From: Dehalococcoidia bacterium
GTDB taxonomy: Bacteria > Chloroflexota > Dehalococcoidia > SpSt-223
Direction of reading: 5' to 3'
Assembly (NCBI GenBank): GCA_025054935.1
Contig: JANWZD010000001.1
Location: forward strand, 201,008-265,007
Length of the DNA stretch: 64,000 nucleotides
Shown: piece after piece, positions 1 to 8,511 of the stretch
How the letters are laid out: every line of letters begins with the position of its first letter
Numbering within the stretch: the stretch's first letter is position 1
Made by a program: the position numbers and the translations under genes
Notes under the pieces: model-generated
The model's database searches: none
What the model was told of the DNA's origin: nothing
What the model saw: the letters and a program-made list of their open reading frames with translations, nothing else

Positions 1-1566
1 GTAGCGCTGCTCGATGTCGGCGGCGCGGCGGGCGAGCCCCTGCACCTTCTTGTTGGCGAAGATTAGGCGCGTGCCCTGAACCATGAACAGATACGGCGGG
101 TCGTTGTGGATGATCTCGAGCGCGCGCTGGAGGAGCTCCCGACGGCGGTTCTCGTTCACCTCAACGACGGATGCCATGTAGACCCGGTCGAACTCGGGAT
201 TGTTATAGTGCCATCGCCCCGGGTCAGCTTGGCAGGTGCAGAACCAGACGAGGGCGAAGTCTGCATCAAGCGCGGGCGTGTTGATCAGACCGGGCGCAAA
301 CAGGTCCGTGCGCTGGCGAACGCCGTAGAAGTAGTCGCGGAAGACGGCGTATTCGCCGATCGGCTGGATCTCAAGCTGGACCCCGATCTGGCGCAGCTGA
401 TCCTGCACCAGCAGGGCCTGCGCGTTCGCCTCCGCGTTGATGGTCAGCATGGCGAGCGTCAGCCGGAAGCCGTTGGCGTAGCCTGCTTCGGCGAGCAGCT
501 GCCGCGCCCGGTTCGGGTCGTAGGGGTACATCTTCAGGTTCGGATTGAACCCGAAGGTCTCCGGCTGGACGAACTGGCCCTGCTCCGGCTTGGTGTAGCC
601 CTTGTAGATGTTCCGGGCGACAAGCTCCTTGTCGATCGCGTAGTTCAGCGCAAGGCGAACGCGGCGGTCAGCAACGGGACCAGTCTTCGGCTCGCGGCCG
701 ACGACCGTGTCAATCCAGTAGCCGGTCGAGCTGCCGGAGTCGACAACGATGACGTTGAATCCGGCGGCCTTGAGGCTATCGGCTTGATCGATCGGGATGT
801 TGTCGGCCATATCAAGCTCGCCCGACTTCAAGCCGGCGACGCGCGCTGCGGCCTCCGGGATGTTGCGGATCTCGACTTCAGTGACGCCGGTCGCCTTGCG
901 GAACGGATGCTCCGGCACAGCCCGGACGACCACCTTGCTGTCGGGGATAAACTCGACGAGCCGGAAGGGCCCCGTGCCGATCGCCTTGTTGCCGAACTCG
1001 GCGTCGCCCACGCGCTCGAGATACTCTTGCGGCAGCACCGAGACCATCGCCATCCGTTTCAGCAGGAGCCCGTCGGGCTGCTTGGTGATGACGCGGACCG
1101 TGGTGTCGTTCACCTTAACGGCGTCGGCGATCGTTTCGAGGCGGCTCGTGATTGCGTACTTGAACGAGATGTCGGACGCGCGCTTGATGCTGAAGACGAC
1201 ATCTTCGGCGCGCATCGGCGTCCCGTCGTGGAACTTCATGTCCTGACGGATCGTGAACTCCCATGTCGTGGGGTCGACCGACCGCCAGGCGATCGCGGCG
1301 CCGGGCTCGACGCTGCCGTCATCCTTCTGATGAAGAACCGGGTCGAAGACGTCATAGCGCCGCTGCGTGCAGCAGATCGAGATGTAGGGATGCATCTGGG
1401 GCGTGATTGACGCTTGGCCGATGACGAGCCGCTGCGGCCCGCTCGGCGGTCTTTGTCCCTCTGGCCCCATGACGCCGCCCGGCTCAACCGCGGGGGCGCA
1501 GGCGGAGAGGATGATCGCGATGCCGGCAAGACCGGCGAAGGCGCGCGAACGGTTCCACGATCGCAT
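1..1566 (-). CDS. ABC transporter substrate-binding protein, family 5 (peptide/nickel type), lipoprotein; 3' end runs off the window
   Basis: Reverse-strand translation from ATG 1566 gives MRSWNRSRAFAGLAGIAIILSAC (signal peptide with lipobox L-S-A-C). SBP_bac_5-like body follows (GTGPFRLVEF..., KSGELDMADNIP..., LNYAIDKELV...). SD AAGGAG lies 5-10 nt upstream. The long + strand ORF 106..1410 is its antisense shadow. Confidence 0.85.
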   Translation of the reverse strand, partial: MRSWNRSRAFAGLAGIAIILSACAPAVEPGGVMGPEGQRPPSGPQRLVIGQASITPQMHPYISICCTQRRYDVFDPVLHQKDDGSVEPGAAIAWRSVDPTTWEFTIRQDMKFHDGTPMRAEDVVFSIKRASDISFKYAITSRLETIADAVKVNDTTVRVITKQPDGLLLKRMAMVSVLPQEYLERVGDAEFGNKAIGTGPFRLVEFIPDSKVVVRAVPEHPFRKATGVTEVEIRNIPEAAARVAGLKSGELDMADNIPIDQADSLKAAGFNVIVVDSGSSTGYWIDTVVGREPKTGPVADRRVRLALNYAIDKELVARNIYKGYTKPEQGQFVQPETFGFNPNLKMYPYDPNRARQLLAEAGYANGFRLTLAMLTINAEANAQALLVQDQLRQIGVQLEIQPIGEYAVFRDYFYGVRQRTDLFAPGLINTPALDADFALVWFCTCQADPGRWHYNNPEFDRVYMASVVEVNENRRRELLQRALEIIHNDPPYLFMVQGTRLIFANKKVQGLARRAADIEQRY

Positions 1567-1636
1567 AAGGCTCCTTTCCCGGCGATCTCCGCTCCCTTTG
1601 CGGGGTGGGTGACGGCTCTGCCTCATTGTCGTCTTC

Positions 1637-1665
1637 ATTAGGCAATCTACTGTTTTCCATGTCAA
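1637..1665 (-). promoter_or_regulatory. sigma70-like promoter for the SBP gene: TTGACA - 17 nt - CCTAAT on the minus strand
   Basis: AT-rich patch in a GC-rich genome. Reverse complement reads ...aatacTTGACAtggaaaacagtagattgCCTAATgaag..., about 65 nt upstream of ATG 1566. Confidence 0.35.
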
Positions 1666-2007
1666 GTATTGCATGTATGCCTTTTTGGGCTCCCCCGTTC
1701 AGGCTATCTATCGCCGGTCATTTGCTGTCCTGAAGGCGGGCGCGGCACTCCGCTGCCGCGGCGCGCTCACCAGCGGGGCAGCGCTGCTTGGCGGCAACGC
1801 TTCCCGGCACGCGCTCTCCTCGGCAGGCGCTCTGGCATCTTCTCGGGGGTAAGCGCCGAGCGGCCCTCGCTAATGCGCAAGCGAGCGCCGCGTTCGAGGG
1901 GATGAGCGGCATGCCGCTGCGCGAGTGGCGCGCTGCTGCGGCAGCGTCGCTCGTGATCCGGGGCCGAACAGCCGCTCCTGAGGAGGGGAACTGACCGCTT
2001 GAGAAAA

Positions 2008-2070
2008 CAGCTGCGGCTGTTCCTCCGATAAAGAAAAGAGCGGCCTCTGCCTCGCGGGCAGAAGCCGCCG
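2008..2070 (-). terminator. Tandem intrinsic terminator hairpins downstream of the DUF4397 gene
   Basis: On the minus strand: gcggcttctgccCGCGAggcagaggccgc (about 11 bp stem) followed by tcttttctttat. A second hairpin acagcCGCAgctgt followed by tttctc. Lies just 3' of the stop codon at 2086. Confidence 0.5.
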
Positions 2071-2085
2071 AAGCTGGGGGATGCC

Positions 2086-2847
2086 TTAGCGCGGTCGCGC
2101 GGCGAAGGCGATGATGCGGGCGATCACGCTCTGGATGTCGGTTGCCGTTTGCGGGAAGCGGGCATCTGCCGCGACTTGCGCGCGAATGGGGGTGCGCGTC
2201 AGGAAGCCGATGGCGGCAACGCTCAGAACATCACCCGCCTGCAGCTGCGTATTCGGCAGCGCGAGAGCGACGGTGGTCGTCCCGGCAACGCGGACTTCGA
2301 GATTGTAGGTCCCGGCGTCCACCTCGAGATAGGGGGTTACCTCACGGAAGGCGAGGTTGCGCACGAGCACCGGTCCGCCGGCGACGGCGATGTCAACCGC
2401 TGGCGCATCGGGAGAGAGGTGAAGAACTCGGATCCTCGTTTTCCCCTGCGCTGGCGCGATGATGGCGTCCTCAACGACGACCGGCGCGATCTGGGCGAGG
2501 GGACCTGTCGCAATCACGGTGAAGTTCCGTCCCGCCACCGGAGAGACGCGGGCGTCGATCACCGGGGTTGCGGCCGCCGGGTTCGCGCCGGCCGCGAACA
2601 CCTGAATTCGGCGCTCGCCCGCTGGCACCGCGGCATAGGCCGAAACTTCGCCGAAGGCGAGGTTTGCAATGGCGCGCTGACCATCGATATAGATATCGAC
2701 CGGCGGTGCATCCGGCGACGCATGCCAGGCGCGGACATTCGCGGTTGCCGCCTGAGCGCCTGCGCTTGCTGGCATCAGCGCTAGGCTTCCGATGAGCGCC
2801 GCAAGCGCAGCGCTGACCACGCCGCGACGCGAGAACGAAAATCGCAT
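2086..2847 (-). CDS. Secreted DUF4397 domain-containing protein (two tandem repeats)
   Basis: N-terminal signal peptide MRFSFSRRGVVSAALAALIGSLALMPASAGA. Two repeats of the pattern (V)R(A/V)(W/L)H(A/L)SPDAP.VD(I/Y)..G; SD GGGAGG lies 8 nt upstream of ATG 2847. Confidence 0.8.
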   Translation of the reverse strand: MRFSFSRRGVVSAALAALIGSLALMPASAGAQAATANVRAWHASPDAPPVDIYIDGQRAIANLAFGEVSAYAAVPAGERRIQVFAAGANPAAATPVIDARVSPVAGRNFTVIATGPLAQIAPVVVEDAIIAPAQGKTRIRVLHLSPDAPAVDIAVAGGPVLVRNLAFREVTPYLEVDAGTYNLEVRVAGTTTVALALPNTQLQAGDVLSVAAIGFLTRTPIRAQVAADARFPQTATDIQSVIARIIAFAARPR

Positions 2848-3293
2848 TTGAACCTCCCACGGAACAGGATCGTCACTAGTATAAATCTCGAGTCAAGATT
2901 TATAGAGGCGCTGTTGACGCCTCCGCCGCTTTTCCCGACAATCGCCGGTCTCAGCGAGGGCAGCTCGCGTCCGAGAGTGTCGTCGGGCGTCGCTGCCCTC
3001 ATCTTGACTGGTGTTGCTCTCGCGTCGGGGGTGTCGACCGAGCGCTGCTCTCCTTTCTGCTGCTTCTTCTCGGTCACGGATTTCTGCTCAGCCTGAGCCG
3101 GCTTGAGGCGGGTCCCCACGACCAGCTGCTCGAGGTCGTGGCAGCGTTCGGCCTCGCTCTCGTCCTCTTCCTTGACTCGGTCAAGCTCCCGCTGGATGAG
3201 CTGTGCCAAGAGTAGTGCGTTCCTCTGCTTAGGCGAGGGCATGGCACGCTGCTCGTCATCGCCGGGGGCAGCGATCGCCGCGACTGAGATCAT
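2781..3293 (-). CDS. Hypothetical protein (charged/helical; possible small regulator). Doubtful: the 3' end overlaps the DUF4397 start and crosses the AT-rich palindrome
   Basis: ORF-track frame 2781..3311 contains a protein-like stretch (LLAQLIQRELDRVKEEDESEAERCHDLEQL...KSVTEKKQQKGEQRS). First in-frame ATG is at 3293. No convincing SD. Confidence 0.25.
   Translation of the reverse strand: MISVAAIAAPGDDEQRAMPSPKQRNALLLAQLIQRELDRVKEEDESEAERCHDLEQLVVGTRLKPAQAEQKSVTEKKQQKGEQRSVDTPDARATPVKMRAATPDDTLGRELPSLRPAIVGKSGGGVNSASINLDSRFILVTILFRGRFKCDFRSRVAAWSALRLRRSSEA
2881..2903. promoter_or_regulatory. AT-rich inverted repeat ATAAATCT-N7-AGATTTAT (candidate operator) overlapping a TATACT -10 element upstream of the DUF4397 gene
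   Basis: Perfect 8 bp arms read directly from the sequence. Located 34-56 nt upstream of start 2847. Minus-strand reading: ctctataaatcTTGACTcgagatttaTACTAGtgacg. Confidence 0.4.
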
Positions 3294-3593
3294 GAGGACC
3301 GCCCAACTCAAGGGTCTGCCGCTGGGCGCAGTGCTCGCCTCGACTAACCGGGGCGTTCTCCGTGACCCTCAGCGGTCCGGCGGGCGCGCTCCGCTGAAGC
3401 GGGCACCGACGACATCGTCGTACTGCCATCGTCCAGATCCTCATTGCGCTTCTGCATCGGCGCCCGGCTAATCGCGAAAGCGGATGCTGCCGTTGGGATG
3501 CGGCGTGAAGAGCAGGCGCTCGCCTCCCCGCTCGCGGCCGACTTCGCGGGCGCCGACGCCCGATTGCCGGGGAGGGGCGCGTGCGCGCAGCTG

Positions 3594-4058
3594 TCAGGGA
3601 ACGGTGCTCAAACACTCGACCCCAATCGCCTTCATGCCGGCGGCGCCGGCCCACGCCTTAAACAGCTCGCCGGATGGCCAGAGCACTGCCTGTCCTGCCG
3701 CGATCGCTCTCCGGTCGCCGCTCTCGCCCCCAATCCGCACGAAACCGGAGCCGTGGGTCACCACGAAAATGATCGGGAAGCGCGATCGCCGCTCGCCCGT
3801 CTCCCCGTAGGGGTCAAACTCCATTGCCATCACGCTGACCGGCTCATCGAGAATGATCGGTCTGCCGTTGAAGCGAGCTGCCAGCTCCTCGGGCGAGAAC
3901 CGTTCGGCAAACGAGCGCCGGATTTGGATCGCGTTGACGCGCAGCCCGCGGCTTTCTCCGAGCTCGGTCTCGGTCAAAAATGGCGTGAAATCGCGTATCT
4001 CCACCACGCTCTCCCTCCTTCCTCCGCCCAGGGTACGATAAAACCGATGCGTCACCAT
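3594..4058 (-). CDS. Cupin domain-containing protein
   Basis: C-terminal half (FVVTHGSGFVRIGGE...AGQAVLWPSGELF) matches cupin_2 motifs. Start is uncertain; an internal Met (MAMEFDPYGE) would give a shorter cupin-only protein. Confidence 0.55.
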   Translation of the reverse strand: MVTHRFYRTLGGGRRESVVEIRDFTPFLTETELGESRGLRVNAIQIRRSFAERFSPEELAARFNGRPIILDEPVSVMAMEFDPYGETGERRSRFPIIFVVTHGSGFVRIGGESGDRRAIAAGQAVLWPSGELFKAWAGAAGMKAIGVECLSTVP

Positions 4059-4481
4059 CTTGCGGTCTTCGCCCCGCAGCCGCTTGCCGACATTCTCGCC
4101 GGGCGCAAAACGATTGAGAGCCGCTTCGCGCGCGACCGCCGCCCTCCATACGGGCGGGTCGCCCCGGGCGATCTCCTCTGGCTGAAGCAGAGCGGAGGAC
4201 CGCTCGTCGGGGTCGCGACCGCGGCGTGGGTAGAGGAGGTCGCGAACTTGACGCCGGACCGCGTGACCGAGCTGTTCGAGCGCTATCCCGGCATCCTTGC
4301 TGACCCGCCCTACCGCGCCGCAAAGCGGAGCGCGCGCTTCGCCACGATCATCGGGCTGACTGCGGTGCGCCCGCTCGACGCCTGCGTCATCGCCGGGCGC
4401 GGCCGCAGTGGATGGCGGCTCCTTGCCGGTCCTCCGGTCGACTGCTCAGTCTTCCCCTCCCCGCGTCTCCCGCGAAGATGA
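4047..4481 (+). CDS. ASCH domain-containing protein
   Basis: MRHHLAVFAPQPLADILAGRKTIESRFARDRRPPYGRVAPGDLLWLKQSGGPLVGVATAAW... fits the ASCH (ASC-1 homology) beta-barrel family pattern (GxKTIExR). It is the 3' portion of + ORF 3444..4481. Its start overlaps the divergent cupin gene start by 12 nt. Confidence 0.6.
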   Translation: MRHHLAVFAPQPLADILAGRKTIESRFARDRRPPYGRVAPGDLLWLKQSGGPLVGVATAAWVEEVANLTPDRVTELFERYPGILADPPYRAAKRSARFATIIGLTAVRPLDACVIAGRGRSGWRLLAGPPVDCSVFPSPRLPRR

Positions 4482-4914
4482 ACGGCCCAGTCGGCTAGAC
4501 TGGAAACGACGCCGCGACCGTGGGGGGCTTCTGTCGCTTGCTCACCTCCTGCTGATTGGGCTTGGCGGCGCTCTCGGTGCGCTCGCCCGCTTCTTCATTG
4601 CAAATGTGCTCGCGCTCTGGCTGGGGCCGCACTTTCCCTTCGGGACGTTTGCAGTCAACGTCTCGGGGAGCTTTGCTGTCGGCATGCTCCTTGCAGTCAT
4701 CGTGCCCCGCGTCTCGGAGGCGAGCGAACTGCGAGCGTTCCTCGTTGTTGGGTTCTTCGGCGCATACACCACGTTCTCGACGTGGTCCTACGAAACGCTC
4801 GCGCTCTTCCAAGCGGGCCGGTTTGTCGCGGCGGTGGTCAATCTGGGCGGTCAGCTCGCGCTGGGATTGGCCGCCGTCGTGCTCGGGAGCGCGATCGGTC
4901 GCTTGCTGCTGTAG
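4408..4914 (+). CDS. crcB: Fluoride ion channel CrcB/Fluc
   Basis: GGALGALARF...FPFGTFAVNVSGSFAVG...GFFGAYTTFSTWSYE are the CrcB hallmark motifs. No in-frame ATG/GTG/TTG lies between the ASCH stop (4481) and the first TM helix, so the start is probably ATG 4408, overlapping ASCH by 74 nt, or a non-canonical start. Confidence 0.8.
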   Translation: MDGGSLPVLRSTAQSSPPRVSREDERPSRLDWKRRRDRGGLLSLAHLLLIGLGGALGALARFFIANVLALWLGPHFPFGTFAVNVSGSFAVGMLLAVIVPRVSEASELRAFLVVGFFGAYTTFSTWSYETLALFQAGRFVAAVVNLGGQLALGLAAVVLGSAIGRLLL

Positions 4915-5016
4915 CGCCTTTCGGGCGGCGCTGCTCCTCTGCTCAGCGCGAGCAGTTCCGCTCGGCGCACCGCTGAGAACGGGCGCAGCGGCAGAGGAAG
5001 CGCGGGTGACGCTCTG

Positions 5017-5889
5017 TTAGCGCCAGTTGGTAACGAGCAGTTCGCTCACGAGGCCGCGGCGCTCGGGGTCGGAGTTGATCGCCCGGGGAGCGCTCACCGT
5101 CTCGATGCGATAGTCGGCGTAGAGCCAGCGCGTGAAGGGCGTGTCGCTGTTGGAGAGCAGCACGTAGACGCCGCGTTCGGTCAGGCGGTCGACAAGGGCT
5201 TTCAGCCATTTCTGGTCGTTCTCGCTGAAGCCGTGGGCGTTATAGCGAGTAAAGGAGGCGGTGTGCGCTGTCGGCCAGTAGGGCGGGTCAAGGTAGACGA
5301 AATCGCCGGCTTGGGCAGTCTGGACGCTGCGGTCGAAACTTGCCAGCATGATCTCGGCATGCGCTAGGGCTGCGCTTGCGGCAAGCAGCACGTTGGGATC
5401 GTAGAGGCGAAGCGGGCGCCGGTAGCGCCCCATCGGAACGTTGAACTCGCCTCGTCGGTTGACCCGATACAAGCCGTTGTAGCACGTCCGGTTGAGGTAG
5501 AGGAAGCGCGCTGCGCGCGTCTGGCGGTCTAGTGCTGCTGCCGGAAGCGCGCGGACACGGTAGTAGACGTCGCGGTCATACTCGTAGCGGTCGAGTGCCC
5601 GCATCAGCCCGACGGGGTCGTCGCGCACCTCGAGGTAGGCGCTGATCAGATCTTCGTTGATATCGCCGAGCACTGCCCGCGGGGGCCGGAGCGCGAAAAA
5701 GAGCGCGCCGCCGCCGAGAAACGGCTCGAAGTAAACGCCGAAGCGGGGGGGAACCCGCCGCATCAGCTCAGGGAGCAGGCTGGTTTTGCCGCCTGCCCAT
5801 TTCACGAATGGCTGGGCAGCGGGCGCTCCCCTCCCGACGCCGGACGAGGATGACGCCGGGCGAGGCCCGTTCGCTGTTCGCTCAATCAT
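5017..5889 (-). CDS. dam: DNA adenine methyltransferase, Dam/D12 class (N6-adenine, GATC-type family)
   Basis: N-terminal FVKWAGGK (SAM-binding motif of the PF02086 D12 class) and catalytic DPPY (in YLDPPYWP). About 290 aa. ATG 5889 overlaps the stop of the upstream small ORF by 8 nt (ATGATTGA). Confidence 0.85.
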   Translation of the reverse strand: MIERTANGPRPASSSSGVGRGAPAAQPFVKWAGGKTSLLPELMRRVPPRFGVYFEPFLGGGALFFALRPPRAVLGDINEDLISAYLEVRDDPVGLMRALDRYEYDRDVYYRVRALPAAALDRQTRAARFLYLNRTCYNGLYRVNRRGEFNVPMGRYRRPLRLYDPNVLLAASAALAHAEIMLASFDRSVQTAQAGDFVYLDPPYWPTAHTASFTRYNAHGFSENDQKWLKALVDRLTERGVYVLLSNSDTPFTRWLYADYRIETVSAPRAINSDPERRGLVSELLVTNWR

Positions 5890-6334
5890 CGGCTCCGATG
5901 CTGGGGCGGTCGGGAGAGTCGCGCTCGGGGGCGCCGCTCACCGCGGAAGGGAGGCCGAGCCCGGCGGGACGGTGTGCCTCGAGGAGCGAGAAGATGACCG
6001 GGATGGCGTCGGCAGGCTGCGGGAAGAGCCGCTCAACAAACTCGTTGAGGAACCAGGCGCGCAGCCGGGCTTGAATTGGTCCCCGCCGGAACAGACGGGC
6101 GAGACGACGGGCGAGCCCTGTCCGCTCGAACCCTCGGTTGACCTCAACGATAACCCGCAGCCCCTCTCCCCGCAGCTCGAAGTCGCTGCTGCCGGCAGGG
6201 AAGATCATCTCCCAGCGGCCGCGCAGCTGGCGCGCCTCGACCTCCCGTTCTATCGCCCGGACGAGCGCTTCGGCAACGGCCCGCGGCTGATCCGCTCCCG
6301 GCTGCACCCGCTGCCCTCGCGATTGGTCGCTCAT
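5882..6334 (-). CDS. Hypothetical protein (150 aa), translationally coupled between the EF-G paralogue and dam
   Basis: Protein-like composition (…RQLRGRWEMIFPAGSSDFELRGEGLRVIVEVNRGFERTGLARRLARLF…). Starts 3 nt after the EF-G stop. Its stop overlaps the dam start. I recognise no family. Confidence 0.5.
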   Translation of the reverse strand: MSDQSRGQRVQPGADQPRAVAEALVRAIEREVEARQLRGRWEMIFPAGSSDFELRGEGLRVIVEVNRGFERTGLARRLARLFRRGPIQARLRAWFLNEFVERLFPQPADAIPVIFSLLEAHRPAGLGLPSAVSGAPERDSPDRPSIGADD

Positions 6335-8400
6335 GAGACGTTCTCGGCCGCTTTCTTCGCCTCCGCAATGATCCCTTGGGCGAGGTGGGGAGGCACTTCC
6401 TCATAGTGACTGAACGACATGGTGAAGGAGCCGCGCCCTTGGGTAATCGACCGGAGGTCGGTGGCGTAGCGGCGCATCTCGGCGAGCGGCGCCTGCGCCG
6501 TGATGACGCTCACGCCGCCGCTCGTTGTCATCCCTTGGACACGGCCGCGCTTGGTGTTCAGGTCGCTGAGGATATCGCCGAGGAACTGCTCCGGCACCGT
6601 GATCTCGACATTCATGATCGGCTCAATGAGGACGGGGTTTGCCTGCATGACGCCCTTTTTCAGCGCTTGGGCAGCGGCGATTTTGAAGGCGATTTCCGAA
6701 GAGTCAACCGGGTGATAGCTCCCGTCATAGAGGACAACGCGCAGGTCGACGATGGGATAGTGCGCGAGCACCCCTTCCTGAAGCCCCTCTTCGATCCCCT
6801 TCTGCACCGCGGGGAAGAAGTTCTTCGGGACTGTGCCCCCGACGACACGCTCGGCAAACTCAAATCCCTCGCCGCGCGGCTTTGGCTCGAGCTCGATCAT
6901 CACATGACCGTACTGACCATGCCCGCCGGTCTGTTTCTTGTGCTTGTATTCGGCGGTCGCTTTGGTCGTGATCGTCTCTTTGTACGGGACGCGCGGCAGG
7001 GTCGTGGTCAGGTCGACCCCGAACTTGCGCTTCAGCTTCTCGAGCGAGACATCGATGTGCGACTCGCCGAGACCGGACAAGATTGTCTCGTTGGTGTCAG
7101 GGTCGCGGCGCACAGTCAGCGTCGGGTCTTCTTCGACGAGCCGCGCGAGGGCGGTGCCCATCTTGTCGACATCGGCTTTCGACTTGGGATGCACTGCCGC
7201 CGAGAAGACCGGCTTCGGGAACTCGATCGCCGGCAGCAGGATGGGCCGCTCGCGGGTTGTCAGCGTGTCGCCGGTGCCGGTCTCCGTGAGCTTTGTTACT
7301 GCGCCGATATCTCCCGCGGCAAGGGCTTGCACGGCTTCTTGGTGCTTTCCGCGGACGACGTAGACTGTCCCAATCCGCTCTTCTTTGCCTTTATTGGCGT
7401 TGAAGACGTGGCTGTCTGCTTTGAGTGTCCCCGAGTAGACGCGGAAGTAGGTCAGCTTGCCCACAAACTGGTCGGCCGAGGTTTTGAAGACGAGGGCAGC
7501 GAGCGGACCGGCGGGGTCCGGAGCAAGGTCGACCGGCTGACCGTTGACGGTCGCGGGAACGGGACCGCGGTCGGCCGGGGAGGGAGCGAGGTCGATGAGC
7601 GCGTCAAGGAGGAGCGAGCACGCCTTGTTGGCGAGCGCCGACCCGACCAGCACCGGCGTCAGCTTGGCGGCGCGAATCCCGTCTCGCAGTCCCTTGACGA
7701 TCTCTTCGACCGAGAGCTCTTCTCCTTCGAGATACTTGGTCATCAAGTCGTCGTCCTGCTCCGCGACTGCCTCAACGAGCATCTCCCGGTAGGAGGCGAC
7801 CTCATCGGCGAGTTCGCTGGGGATCGGGCCGGCCTCCAGCTTGGGCCCGCTTCTCGCTTCCCGTCGGATCAGGTCGACGACGCCGACGAATCGGTCCTGC
7901 GCCCCGATCGGCGCTTGGATAGGGACGCAGGATGCCCCAAACAGCTCGCGGATCTGGGCGAGCGTCTTCGCGAAATCGGCATTCTCGCGATCGATCTTGT
8001 TGATGAAGAGAAATCGCGGCAGGCGTGCCTCCTGCGCGACTTTCCAATTCAATTCGGTGCCCACCTCAACGCCGCTGACAGCGTCGACGACAAAAACGGC
8101 GGTATCCGCGACGCGGAGGGCTTCTCGGACCTCGCCGACGAAGTCGGCATACCCGGGAGTATCCAGGACATTGATCTTGTGGTCGCGCCACTCACAAGGA
8201 AGAACGGAGAGGCTGATCGAGATCCGGCGTCGCTGTTCATCCGGCTCGAAGTCGGAGACGGTCGTCCCTTCTTCGACTTTGCCAAGCCGCGTGATTGCGC
8301 CGGACGCGAACAGCAGCGCCTCACCGAGGCTCGTCTTGCCGGCGCCGCCATGGCCGACTAGAGCCACATTCCGCAACTGCTCAGTGCGGTAGCTCTTCAT
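6331..8400 (-). CDS. Elongation factor G family translational GTPase (EF-G paralogue; not in a str-operon context)
   Basis: G1 AHVDHGKTT-type motif as LVGHGGAGKTSLGEAL, then DTPGYADF, NKIDR. C-terminal EF-G domains IV/V present (HYPIVDLRVVLYDGSYHPVDSSEIAFKIAA). ATG 8400 is preferred because an SD GGAGGA lies 7 nt upstream; the ORF-track start at 8415 is itself part of that SD. Confidence 0.9.
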   Translation of the reverse strand: MKSYRTEQLRNVALVGHGGAGKTSLGEALLFASGAITRLGKVEEGTTVSDFEPDEQRRRISISLSVLPCEWRDHKINVLDTPGYADFVGEVREALRVADTAVFVVDAVSGVEVGTELNWKVAQEARLPRFLFINKIDRENADFAKTLAQIRELFGASCVPIQAPIGAQDRFVGVVDLIRREARSGPKLEAGPIPSELADEVASYREMLVEAVAEQDDDLMTKYLEGEELSVEEIVKGLRDGIRAAKLTPVLVGSALANKACSLLLDALIDLAPSPADRGPVPATVNGQPVDLAPDPAGPLAALVFKTSADQFVGKLTYFRVYSGTLKADSHVFNANKGKEERIGTVYVVRGKHQEAVQALAAGDIGAVTKLTETGTGDTLTTRERPILLPAIEFPKPVFSAAVHPKSKADVDKMGTALARLVEEDPTLTVRRDPDTNETILSGLGESHIDVSLEKLKRKFGVDLTTTLPRVPYKETITTKATAEYKHKKQTGGHGQYGHVMIELEPKPRGEGFEFAERVVGGTVPKNFFPAVQKGIEEGLQEGVLAHYPIVDLRVVLYDGSYHPVDSSEIAFKIAAAQALKKGVMQANPVLIEPIMNVEITVPEQFLGDILSDLNTKRGRVQGMTTSGGVSVITAQAPLAEMRRYATDLRSITQGRGSFTMSFSHYEEVPPHLAQGIIAEAKKAAENVS

Positions 8401-8511
8401 CCGTCGATCCTCCATGCGAGGTGCATTGCCGGCGCGCCAAAATTGCCAGACGGCAGGATGAGCGGGGGAAGGAGGTCGTGCCGTCGAGGCGCGCCGGATT
8501 AGGTATGCGCT

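Noticed and set aside
106-1410. 434 aa + strand ORF
   Set aside because: Antisense shadow of the ABC substrate-binding protein gene. Composition is Arg/Leu/Asp-rich and low-complexity. The minus-strand frame has a signal peptide, lipobox and a full SBP_bac_5-like sequence.
1788-1994. Small + ORF with ...FEGMSGMPLREWRAAAA..., faintly like the C-terminal helix of AraC-family regulators
   Set aside because: Only about 12 residues resemble the AraC HTH consensus and no upstream domain is present. It lies in the promoter/terminator-rich gap between two minus-strand genes. At most a decayed remnant.
4915-5016. Long-range complementary segments (CCTCTGCTCAGCG ... CGCTGAGAACGGGCGCAGCGGCAGAGG) between convergent crcB and dam
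   Set aside because: Probably a bidirectional terminator structure. No U-tract, so I did not list it as a feature.
6376-8361. 661 aa + strand ORF
   Set aside because: Antisense to the EF-G paralogue, whose GTPase motifs are unambiguous on the other strand.
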